DNA from: Aeromonas diversa CDC 2478-85
GTDB taxonomy: Bacteria; Pseudomonadota; Gammaproteobacteria; Enterobacterales; Aeromonadaceae
Direction of reading: 5' to 3'
Assembly (NCBI RefSeq): GCF_000819805.1
Contig: NZ_CDCE01000007.1
Coordinates: 28,814-52,813, forward strand
DNA: 24,000 nucleotides
Shown here in pieces: positions 11,384 to 18,454 of this stretch. The notes beneath the pieces were generated by a model. The model did no database searches. It saw only the letters and a program-made list of their open reading frames with translations, and was not told where the DNA came from. Every line of letters starts with the position of its first letter. Position 1 is the first letter of the stretch. The position numbers were made by a program, and so were the translations under genes.

Positions 11384-11459
11384 GGCCCCTTAGCTCAGTG
11401 GTCAGAGCAGGCGACTCATAATCGCTTGGTCCCCAGTTCAAGTCTGGGAGGGGCCACCA
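11384..11459 (+). tRNA. ileX: tRNA-Ile2 (anticodon CAU, lysidine-dependent; ileX-type)
   Basis: GGCCCCTTAGCTCAGTGGTCAGAGCAGGCGACTCATAATCGCTTGGTCCCCAGTTCAAGTCTGGGAGGGGCCACCA. The acceptor, D and anticodon arms match E. coli ileX rather than elongator or initiator tRNA-Met. Its position just downstream of rpoD matches E. coli synteny. Confidence 0.88.
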
Positions 11460-11467
11460 CATTCCAG

Positions 11468-11504
11468 AGGGTTAGCGTGAGAATATCCGCTAACCCTTTA
11501 TTCT
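11468..11504 (+). terminator. Terminator of tRNA-Ile2
   Basis: 10-bp stem AGGGTTAGCG/CGCTAACCCT with a 10-nt loop, followed by TTTATTCT. Confidence 0.8.
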
Positions 11505-12050
11505 ATCTGCCACTCGGTGGCGTGACAGTCGGCGCACTTGTCTCTCAGCCCACAGATCCTCACAAGCACCCATCTCGCTGTTGCCGCTCCGCTTACGCGA
11601 GACGGTTATCGCCATGCCTGATCCAGACAGGCAAATTCCATCACTCCCTGGTTGCCAGCTCGCGGTGCGTGCTGATGAGGTCTGGGGTATTTCGCCAGGG
11701 GGATGTGCCACAGGTGCATGGCGGTTCTAATGCTATGCCGACGGGATTGATGCCCACGGCCGCATGCGAGGTGCCTCAAAAAGGAGGTGCCTCTGCCAAA
11801 ACGAAGCGATGCCAGAGACGAGTCGGGATTCATTGAGGCGTCGCTTGTTGGTCTCATTGTTGTCTGATAGGGTGTTGCCACTTGGAGTGTTTAATCTAGG
11901 TTATTGATAAATAAAAGATCACCGTATCCCATGGCCTGGATGACCCTGTGTTACGACATGGTGTGCTCCGGGTCATGAGTGGTGCTCGCCACCTCTGGCG
12001 ATATGGGTACTGTGATTTGACTCAGGCGGATGTCATGGAGGATAGGGTCG

Positions 12051-12551
12051 ATGTTTCGCATCTACGCTCGTTGGTTTGGTACCACTATTTACGTTCAGAT
12101 TTGGGAGAACCGCATCAGGGTTGTCGACCTTAAGGCCCAGCGCTCCTTCGATGAAAGACCTCTGCTCAAGGTTGAGATGAGAGGGGCAAAGGTGGCCCGG
12201 GTTGTGGCCTTTGGCAATGCCGTCACCGGCAACACTGAGGCGGGCGATATTATCAATCCCTTTTCGCACCCTCGTTCTCTCATCGGCGATCACTATGCCG
12301 CCGAGCACCTGCTGAAACTCATCGTCAGTCGGCTGTGCGGCCATAGCCTGCTCTGCCCCATCGCCGCCGCCATCATCCAGCCGATGGAGAAGGTGGAGGA
12401 TCTGACCACCCTCGAGATTTTGGGGCTTAAGCAAATCGGGGTGGCGATGGGGGCCCAGATCGGTGTCATCAATGATAAGAAGCTGACGCTGGATCCTTCT
12501 ATCCGCTCCTTGGATGACTTTGTAAACTGGGTCTCGGCCAACGCCCGATGA
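12051..12551 (+). CDS. Hypothetical protein; degenerate MreB/actin-like N-terminal half (no nucleotide-binding motifs)
   Basis: Track ORF 12030..12551. The ATG at 12051 (MFRIYARWFG...) has GGAGGA 9 nt upstream. By-eye remote similarity to MreB residues ~5-150. The Gly-rich phosphate-binding loops are absent. Function is unknown. Confidence 0.6.
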   Translation: MFRIYARWFGTTIYVQIWENRIRVVDLKAQRSFDERPLLKVEMRGAKVARVVAFGNAVTGNTEAGDIINPFSHPRSLIGDHYAAEHLLKLIVSRLCGHSLLCPIAAAIIQPMEKVEDLTTLEILGLKQIGVAMGAQIGVINDKKLTLDPSIRSLDDFVNWVSANAR

Positions 12552-12685
12552 GTCTGGCGGGATCGGTATCCAGGCGGATGCCGACCTCGTGCGAACCTTC
12601 TCTCTATCTCGAACGACCAGAAAATGGCGTGTTTTTGCAGCAACTCTGCTATGCTCCGCGCCCCTCCTATTTTTTGTCCAGCGAG

Positions 12686-14074
12686 ATGCCTGCCGTGAAC
12701 CACACCGACTTTGCCCAACTGGGGTTGCCCGCCGCCCTGCAAGAGAACCTTGACGCCCTCGGTTACAAGGAGATGACCCCGATCCAGGCTCAGAGCCTAC
12801 CGCTGGTGCTGGCCGGCAGGGACGTGCTCGCCAAGGCCAAGACCGGTAGTGGCAAAACTGCCGCCTTTGGGCTGGGTCTGTTGGCGGCGCTTGATGTGAG
12901 CCAGCTGTCGGTGCAATCCCTGGTACTCTGCCCGACCCGCGAACTGGCCGATCAGGTGGCCACCGAGCTGCGCCGTCTCGCGCGTGCCATGCCCAACGTC
13001 AAGCTGGTGACCCTGTGCGGCGGCGTACCGACCGCGCCCCAGTCCGCCACCCTGGGTTTTGGCGCCCATATCGCCGTCGGTACCCCGGGTCGGGTGCTCA
13101 AGCATCTTGAACAAGGCACTCTGCGTCTGGAGTCCCTCACTACCCTGGTGCTGGATGAGGCGGACCGTATGCTCGACATGGGCTTTGGCGAAGACATCCA
13201 CAAGGTGATCCGCTTCGCCCCGCGCGAGCGTCAGACCCTGCTCTTCTCCGCCACCTATCCGGACGAGATCGCCAACATGAGCCGCGGTGTGCAGCGCAGC
13301 CCGGTCGAGGTGAGCGTCGAGGCCATCCACCAGGACGCCGCCATCGCCCAACAGCTGTTCGAGGTGGCTCCGGGCACTCGCCCCGAGGTGCTGGCTCGCC
13401 TGCTCAGCCACTTCCGCCCCGCCTCCTGCGTGGTGTTCTGTAACACTAAGCGCGCCTGCGGCGAGGTGAGCGACTACCTGGTGAGCCGCGGCTTCTCGGC
13501 CCTGACCCTCAACGGCGATCTCGAGCAGCGCGAGCGCGACCAGGTGCTGGTGCGCTTTGCCAATGGCAGCGCCGCCATTCTGGTGGCGACCGACGTGGCG
13601 GCCCGTGGCCTCGATATCAAGGAACTCGGCGCCGTCATCAACTACGAACTCACCTATGACCCAGAGGTGCATGTGCACCGCATCGGCCGCACCGGTCGTG
13701 CCGGTCAGCAGGGGCTGGCGCTCTCCTTGTATCAGCCGAACGAAGCCCAGCGTGTGACCCTGATCGAGGAGTACCTCGGCAGCTCTTTGCCACAGGGCGA
13801 TCTTGCGGCGATCGGCAGCGAGTTGCACCCGGTGGCGCCCGAGTTTGCCACCCTATCCATCGGCGGTGGTCGCAAGCACAAGCTGCGCCCGGGCGACATC
13901 CTCGGTGCCCTGACCGGTGAGAACGGCCTCTCGGGCGATCAGGTGGGCAAGATCCAGGTGCAGGATCAGTTCTCTTACGTGGCGGTGCGCCGCGCCCAGG
14001 CCAAGGCGGCACTCAAGCGTCTGAGCGATGGCAAGATAAAGGGCAAGAGCTACCGGGTTCGTATCCTGGGTTGA
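12686..14074 (+). CDS. dbpA: ATP-dependent RNA helicase DbpA (DEAD-box, 23S rRNA hairpin-92 specific)
   Basis: From the ATG at 12686 (MPAVNHTDFAQLGL...) the product is 462 aa and collinear with E. coli DbpA. Motifs: AKTGSGKTAAFGLGLL, PTRELA, VLDEADRMLDMGF, SAT, VATDVAARGLDI, HRIGRTGRAG. It also has the DbpA-specific C-terminal RNA-binding domain (LSIGGGRKHKLRPGDILGALTGE...KIKGKSYRVRIL). The track start at 12548 is a spurious 46-codon extension. Confidence 0.93.
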   Translation: MPAVNHTDFAQLGLPAALQENLDALGYKEMTPIQAQSLPLVLAGRDVLAKAKTGSGKTAAFGLGLLAALDVSQLSVQSLVLCPTRELADQVATELRRLARAMPNVKLVTLCGGVPTAPQSATLGFGAHIAVGTPGRVLKHLEQGTLRLESLTTLVLDEADRMLDMGFGEDIHKVIRFAPRERQTLLFSATYPDEIANMSRGVQRSPVEVSVEAIHQDAAIAQQLFEVAPGTRPEVLARLLSHFRPASCVVFCNTKRACGEVSDYLVSRGFSALTLNGDLEQRERDQVLVRFANGSAAILVATDVAARGLDIKELGAVINYELTYDPEVHVHRIGRTGRAGQQGLALSLYQPNEAQRVTLIEEYLGSSLPQGDLAAIGSELHPVAPEFATLSIGGGRKHKLRPGDILGALTGENGLSGDQVGKIQVQDQFSYVAVRRAQAKAALKRLSDGKIKGKSYRVRILG

Positions 14075-14091
14075 GCGATCCGGTGAAGAGC

Positions 14092-14122
14092 GGGGCTGGC
14101 CGTTGAGGTCAGCCCTTTTTTT
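14092..14122 (+). terminator. dbpA terminator
   Basis: GGGCTGGCC/GGTCAGCCC stem followed by TTTTTTT. Confidence 0.85.
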
Positions 14123-14206
14123 GGCTCATGACAAGGTTAGCTAAGATGTAATTTTCTTGTATTTTCAATCGGATAACCTGAAATCCTGTTCGTTGTTTAA
14201 TTTGTG

Positions 14207-14222
14207 GGTGAGGGTGCTCACA
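14207..14222 (+). promoter_or_regulatory. CRP-like binding site upstream of the chitinase gene
   Basis: GGTGA-gggtgc-TCACA matches the CRP consensus TGTGA-N6-TCACA at 9 of 10 core positions. Its centre is about 100 nt upstream of the chitinase start, inside an AT-rich promoter region. Confidence 0.4.
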
Positions 14223-14313
14223 AAATCGGCACAAGGCTTAATTCTCGTCGTGAATTTAGCTTGCGCCCGGCCTATGCTCGGTGTGCCAAGACAATAACGA
14301 CAAGGAATCTTTC

Positions 14314-15756
14314 ATGATCAAACCTAGCCGCTGTGCCTGGCTGGTTGCGGCCGCCTGCACCCTGCCTGTTCACGCCATGAATATCCAGCCTGATCCTCAG
14401 AACCCGGGGGGATATGTTGTCGCGTCGACCGACCTCAAGGCGGCGGAGCAGAGCAAGACTGCCAGCCCCATGTACGCCATCTGGGCCAAGGCACTCGAGA
14501 CCCGGGCCAACGCCGTAGTCGATGCCATCGAACCCGGATTGGCTTCCAACCCAGTCAACGTGAAGCGGGCCGAGCGGGTCTTCCCTGCCTCTGAGTGGGA
14601 GTTCCTGACCCAGATGGCGGCACCTGAGTACACCTATGTGCGCTTCCTGCGTGCCGTGGGCAAGTTCCCGGCCTTCTGCGGTGACTATACGGACGGGCGC
14701 AATGCCGACGCCATCTGCAAAAAATCCATCGTCACCATGTTCGCTCACTTCGCCCAGGAGACCGGTGGTCACATCGCCAAGGAGAACGTCTCGGACAACC
14801 CGCAGGGGCTCGAGGAGTGGCAGCAGGCGTTGGTGCACGTGCGTGAGATGGGCTGGTCGGAAGGGCAGAGTGGCTACACCACGGGCTGTGGTCAGAATGA
14901 CTGGCAGAACAAGAAGTGGCCCTGTGCCACTGGACAGGGCTACTTCGGACGTGGAGCCAAGCAGCTCTCTTACCATTTCAACTACGGTGCCTTCTCCGAG
15001 GCCATGTTTGACGGCAATGCCACCGTGCTGCTCAACGACCCGGGCCGGGTCGCCGACTCCTGGCTCAACCTTGCCTCGGCCATCTGGTTCTTCCTTACCC
15101 CCCAGGCGCCCAAGCCCTCCATGCTGCACGTGGTGGATCGCACCTGGAAGCCCTCCCAGCGCGAGCTGGATGCCGGCATCGGTTACGGCTTTGGCACCAC
15201 CATCAACATCATCAACGGCGGTATCGAATGCGGCGCCCACAACAAGGACAAGGGGCAGCCGGTCAACCGCATCCGCTACTGGGAGGGGCTGGCCGCCCAC
15301 TATGGCATTCCGCTGCTACCCGACGAAAAGAACACCTGCTGGCAGCAGACCCCGTATGGCAGTCTCAACCTCAACGGTGCCACCGATGTGCTCTACACCA
15401 ACTGGGACGGCAACTGGAAGTACTACGCCGACCGCCCGGGCGGCTACTCCTTCGAGTGTGAGTTGGTCGGCTTCCAGACCGCCTATTCGGCCCTGGTGGC
15501 GGGGGATTACGAGAAGTGCGTGACCAACTTCTACGGCTCTCACGCCAGCTGGCCCAAGGTGCGGGTGGTGGACAAGCTCGACCCGGCCCCGACCGACCCG
15601 ACGACACCGCCTGTGGGTGGGGTGCCTGCCTGGGAGGCCAGCAAGGTCTACACGGGTGGCAACAAGGTGAGCTACAAAGGGGTCATCTATCAGGCCAAGT
15701 GGTGGACCCAGGGGGACGATCCGACCAAGGGGGGTCCCTGGGCCCCGGTGCAGTAA
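14314..15756 (+). CDS. Secreted family-19 glycoside hydrolase (GH19 chitinase) with C-terminal CBM5/12 chitin-binding domain
   Basis: Signal peptide MIKPSRCAWLVAAACTLPVHA. GH19 motifs FAHFAQETGG, WPCATGQGYFGRGAKQLSYHFNYG and ASAIWFF. Pro/Thr linker DPAPTDPTTPP, then AWEASKVYTGGNKVSYKGVIYQAKWWTQGDDP (CBM5/12). AAGGAA RBS before the ATG at 14314. The track start at 14281 is a GTG extension. Confidence 0.92.
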   Translation: MIKPSRCAWLVAAACTLPVHAMNIQPDPQNPGGYVVASTDLKAAEQSKTASPMYAIWAKALETRANAVVDAIEPGLASNPVNVKRAERVFPASEWEFLTQMAAPEYTYVRFLRAVGKFPAFCGDYTDGRNADAICKKSIVTMFAHFAQETGGHIAKENVSDNPQGLEEWQQALVHVREMGWSEGQSGYTTGCGQNDWQNKKWPCATGQGYFGRGAKQLSYHFNYGAFSEAMFDGNATVLLNDPGRVADSWLNLASAIWFFLTPQAPKPSMLHVVDRTWKPSQRELDAGIGYGFGTTINIINGGIECGAHNKDKGQPVNRIRYWEGLAAHYGIPLLPDEKNTCWQQTPYGSLNLNGATDVLYTNWDGNWKYYADRPGGYSFECELVGFQTAYSALVAGDYEKCVTNFYGSHASWPKVRVVDKLDPAPTDPTTPPVGGVPAWEASKVYTGGNKVSYKGVIYQAKWWTQGDDPTKGGPWAPVQ

Positions 15757-15770
15757 GTCTCGAGATCGTG

Positions 15771-15800
15771 AGAGGGGGGCCCAAGGGCCCCCTCTTTTCT
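15771..15800 (+). terminator. Chitinase terminator
   Basis: G/C-rich hairpin GAGGGGGGCC..GGCCCCCCTC followed by TTTTCTT. Confidence 0.75.
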
Positions 15801-15807
15801 TGGGGCA

Positions 15808-15834
15808 ACGAAAAAAGGCGGCCGATGGCCGCCA
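15808..15834 (-). terminator. Terminator of the 185-aa secreted-protein gene
   Basis: GGCGGCC-gat-GGCCGCC hairpin followed on the minus strand by TTTTTT, about 30 nt after the stop at 15866. Confidence 0.75.
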
Positions 15835-15865
15835 CTGGGTTGGCATCCTTGCTGTTGCCGGCTTG

Positions 15866-16423
15866 CTAAGGGGCGTAGGGGAGGGAGGAGTGATGCAGGG
15901 TGATGCGAACCTTGCCATCGTCACCCTTGCGAAAACCCCAGGTCTTGTCGACCGTCGTCACCTGCCCCTTGGCGTCGGTCAGGTGTACCTTGCCCATGGT
16001 GTAGGCGCGGTCGCCGTCGATCTGAATAGCGGCATTCTCCATCCGGTAACTCTTCCACCCCTTGAGGGCAAAGCCTTTGTCGATGGGAAAGTCGGGATTG
16101 TTGCCGACGAAGTAGGAGAGGGCTCCCTCCCGGGTGAGACGGAAGGTCTGGTCGCCGCTGGCCAGGGTTGGCTTGAACAGCACAGGACCCGACTGGTAGG
16201 CGTAGGCGCCATCGATCACCTGACTGGCACTCTGCCTGGCTTTCTCGATGCCGCCGTTGGCGTAATCATCGCTGATACGGACCAGGGCTTTGCCCCAGGC
16301 CTGTTGGGCAGCTTCAACCTCTTCGGCCGTGATATTACGGTCGCTTATCTGGGCCGCACTCAGGCCGGTGCTGGCACCAAACAAAGCGAGGGCGAGGATG
16401 TACTGGCGGTGGGATGATGTCAT
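15866..16423 (-). CDS. Secreted/periplasmic protein of unknown function (possibly NTF2/SnoaL-like fold)
   Basis: 185 aa. Strong AGGAGG RBS 5 nt before the ATG at 16423. Sec-type signal peptide MTSSHRQYILALALFGASTGLSAAQ. It has its own terminator. The fold assignment is a weak guess from size and the N-terminal helix pattern (EEVEAAQQAWGKAL). Confidence 0.7.
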   Translation of the reverse strand: MTSSHRQYILALALFGASTGLSAAQISDRNITAEEVEAAQQAWGKALVRISDDYANGGIEKARQSASQVIDGAYAYQSGPVLFKPTLASGDQTFRLTREGALSYFVGNNPDFPIDKGFALKGWKSYRMENAAIQIDGDRAYTMGKVHLTDAKGQVTTVDKTWGFRKGDDGKVRITLHHSSLPYAP

Positions 16424-16695
16424 GTAGCCTCCTGCTATATGGGATGCGTCGCAGTATGCCGGCCACGGCTGAATCAGGATTGAAAGGGCTATTCAGCAAA
16501 TTGGCAGAATGCTCTAAAGAGGTCCGCCCCTCCACTTTTGCTGGCAGGGTATCGCTTCATAACTCGGGTGATTGTGAGCTTGTTGGTGGTGCACGCCTGT
16601 GTGAGAGGCGTGATGAGCAAAGAAGGTTTCCGGTTATGGCTGTCTCTCGTATGAGCCTTATCTACAGGGCCGGAAACCGTCTATTCATTCGGGGG

Positions 16696-17352
16696 TCATA
16701 GCACCATCTCTCGTGCTGGTTGAGGCAAGAGAGGGCGCTCGCGAGGAGAGAGTCGTTCATAGTGGCCCTGCAGGGGAAGGGCGAGGGCCTGATCCAGCGG
16801 CTCTCCGACCAAGAGGCGAATCCCCAGGCCCCGTACTACGCCGAGATCGACCGGTTTTCCGTGACCAAGCCGAGTGATAGGAAGTCCCATACGACGATAG
16901 ATTCGCTCTACCGGGGTGCTGGCCACGCCGATCAGTTCTCGCACTCCGTGTGCCATGGCGTAGCGGTTGGCTTCGCGAAACAGTATCAGAGTCAACTCAC
17001 TGACGCCGTTATCAAAGCGTGGAGCCCGGTCTGCATCTATCGCCAGCCGTGTCATCTCCCAGCTATCAGCGGAGCGAGGTGCTGGCTCACCGGCCAGCGT
17101 CGTAGGGAAGATATCGGGCATCATATAGGGGCGGTCGCAGGAAAGTAGGCGAACACAGGCACAGAGACCCTGGTCATCCTCGATGAGTACCCAGCGGGTA
17201 TCGGCCCTGTCGTACTGGTCCTGCTCCATATCGCCGTTGGGTTCTACATCCCAACCAAGCCGATCAGCAAAGACACGCTTTCTTAGCTGGTAGAGCTGCT
17301 TGGCCATATTGGGATTTGGGTGCTCAGCCAGGGTGCCTTGGAAAACATACAT
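16696..17352 (-). CDS. ahyI: Acyl-homoserine-lactone synthase (LuxI family, AhyI/AsaI type)
   Basis: 218 aa. LYQLRKRVFADRLGWDV, TRWVLIEDDQGLCACVRLL, WEMTRLAID and VERIYRRMGLPITRLGH are LuxI-family blocks, collinear with Aeromonas AhyI as I recall it. GGAGAAG RBS. Divergent from a LuxR-type gene. Confidence 0.93.
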   Translation of the reverse strand: MYVFQGTLAEHPNPNMAKQLYQLRKRVFADRLGWDVEPNGDMEQDQYDRADTRWVLIEDDQGLCACVRLLSCDRPYMMPDIFPTTLAGEPAPRSADSWEMTRLAIDADRAPRFDNGVSELTLILFREANRYAMAHGVRELIGVASTPVERIYRRMGLPITRLGHGKPVDLGVVRGLGIRLLVGEPLDQALALPLQGHYERLSPRERPLLPQPAREMVL

Positions 17353-17414
17353 ACTGCTCTTCTCCGTGTTTGGTGGTTATAATTCCTCCCCTGAAACAAG
17401 GCTGGAGTGGCGAA
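17353..17414. promoter_or_regulatory. 62-bp ahyI/ahyR divergent control region
   Basis: Contains TATAAT on the + strand (17378-17383, candidate ahyR -10). Contains TATAAC on the - strand (17381-17376, candidate ahyI -10). The two hexamers overlap. RBS elements for both genes lie in this region. Confidence 0.5.
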
Positions 17415-18206
17415 ATGGATCAGGAGAGTACGCTCGAGTATCTGGAGGCCTTCTCTGGAGTTGTGAGTGGCGAAGCGCTGTCGGCCTTGGTTGGACGGTT
17501 TGCCCGAGAGATGGGATATGACTATTTCGGGTTCACCGTGATCATCCCGATGTCGATGCAGCGCCCCAAGGTGGTCATCTTTAATCAATGTCCTGACTCT
17601 TGGGTGGAGCTCTACACCACGACCAATTTGGTGGCCCGGGATCCGGTGATCGCGTTGGCGCGTAACCAGAATCTGCCGATTTTTTGGAATCGTCTTGATG
17701 AGCGAGCGCGGTTTCTGCAACAGGGCTGTCTGGACGTGATGAACATGGCAGCTGAGTTCGGTTTGCGTAATGGGGTATCTATTCCCTTGCACGGGGCTCG
17801 CGGAGAGAATGGGATTCTCTCTTTCATTACTCGGGAGGCGGCCTCGACAGACCTGTTGTTGGGGAGTTCCCCCTTGCTCTCCTGGATGGCCAACTACATT
17901 TTTGATGCCGCCATTCGCGTGGTGCGTGGTGAGTTGTGCTCCGGCGCAGAAAAAGAGGAGAGCCTCACTGAACGGGAAACCCAATGTTTGTTCTGGGCTA
18001 GCGAGGGCAAGACCTCGGCGGAGATTGCCTGCATCCTGGGCATTGCCGAACGTACGGTGAACTTTCATCTCAATCAGGTGACTCGCAAGACAGGCACCAT
18101 GAACCGCTACCAGGCCATTGCCAAAGGGGTGAATCAGGGCCTTATTCGACCCAATCTCGAGTTGGTGAGTGTGACCAGCTACTCGTCAAGTGTGTTGCTG
18201 CAATAA
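17415..18206 (+). CDS. ahyR: LuxR-family AHL-responsive transcriptional regulator (AhyR/AsaR type)
   Basis: From the ATG at 17415 (MDQESTLEYLEAF...) the product is 263 aa. Autoinducer-binding domain: GYDYFGFTVIIPMSMQRPKVVIFNQCPDSWVELY, PIFWNRLDERARF, GENGILSF. C-terminal HTH: LTERETQCLFWASEGKTSAEIACILGIAERTVNFHLNQVTRKTG. GGAG RBS. The track start at 17316 overlaps ahyI and is spurious. Confidence 0.93.
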   Translation: MDQESTLEYLEAFSGVVSGEALSALVGRFAREMGYDYFGFTVIIPMSMQRPKVVIFNQCPDSWVELYTTTNLVARDPVIALARNQNLPIFWNRLDERARFLQQGCLDVMNMAAEFGLRNGVSIPLHGARGENGILSFITREAASTDLLLGSSPLLSWMANYIFDAAIRVVRGELCSGAEKEESLTERETQCLFWASEGKTSAEIACILGIAERTVNFHLNQVTRKTGTMNRYQAIAKGVNQGLIRPNLELVSVTSYSSSVLLQ

Positions 18207-18382
18207 GGGACAGTGCGCCATTTTTGGTCAGTGGAAGTCGACCAACAATTGATAGATCCTGCAATTGACAGGGGGTTGCGGCTTAATAGTGGAATGGTCT
18301 ACGAGTCCCACCCGTCCAGCTTCATAAGCGCATGGCGCCGCGATGGAATATCGCGATGTGGGGCCTGCCTTGGCGGCTAAAT

Positions 18383-18402
18383 AACTGTCTATTCATCCAG
18401 TA
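18383..18402 (+). promoter_or_regulatory. LexA (SOS) box of uvrA
   Basis: AACTGTCTATTCATCCAGTA fits CTGT-N8-ACAG with one mismatch. It closely resembles the E. coli uvrA/ssb box TACTGTATATTCATTCAGGT. It lies 53 nt upstream of the uvrA ATG. Confidence 0.75.
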
Positions 18403-18454
18403 TGCTCTGTGCGATACTTCAGCGTCTGATGTGTCGAAACCGAGCGTGTGCAAG

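Noticed and set aside
11321-11836. 171-aa ORF spanning the tRNA-Ile2 gene and its terminator.
   Set aside because: It reads straight through a tRNA and a terminator hairpin, has no RBS and has no recognisable protein features.
11809-11907. 32-codon ORF (MPETSRDSLRRRLLVSLLSDRVLPLGVFNLGY) downstream of the AAGGAGGTG element.
   Set aside because: The start codon lies ~20 nt from the SD-like sequence, which is too far. There is no supporting feature, and it is indistinguishable from chance.
12548-12685. N-terminal extensions in the ORF track. These affect dbpA (start 12548), uvrA (18332), ahyR (17316), rpsU (6570), the chitinase (14281), pap (4300) and rpoD (9379).
   Set aside because: The extensions begin at upstream GTG/TTG/ATG codons without an RBS. 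They have no counterpart in the well-known orthologues, and in two cases they cover regulatory sites or the divergent gene.
11460-14125. Possible genomic island integrated at the tRNA-Ile2 3' end.
   Set aside because: There is no integrase, transposase or phage gene. By eye there is no direct repeat of the tRNA 3' end downstream. dbpA is an ordinary housekeeping gene. Only the first ~1.1 kb (orphan DNA plus the small orphan protein) looks accessory. A computational repeat search is still needed.
14125-14313. Possible c-di-GMP riboswitch upstream of the chitinase. The ompW leader (23078-23259) was checked for the same reason.
   Set aside because: Neither leader shows the conserved GEMM-I features I recall (paired GNRA tetraloop-receptor hairpins, ACGCAAAGCC-like core).
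17353-17480. Search for a lux-box-type palindrome (CTG-N10-CAG) for AhyR.
   Set aside because: Only CTG-N16-CAG (17402-17423) and a CTGGAG direct repeat (17442-17460) were seen. Neither fits known LuxR-family operator geometry, so no site is called.
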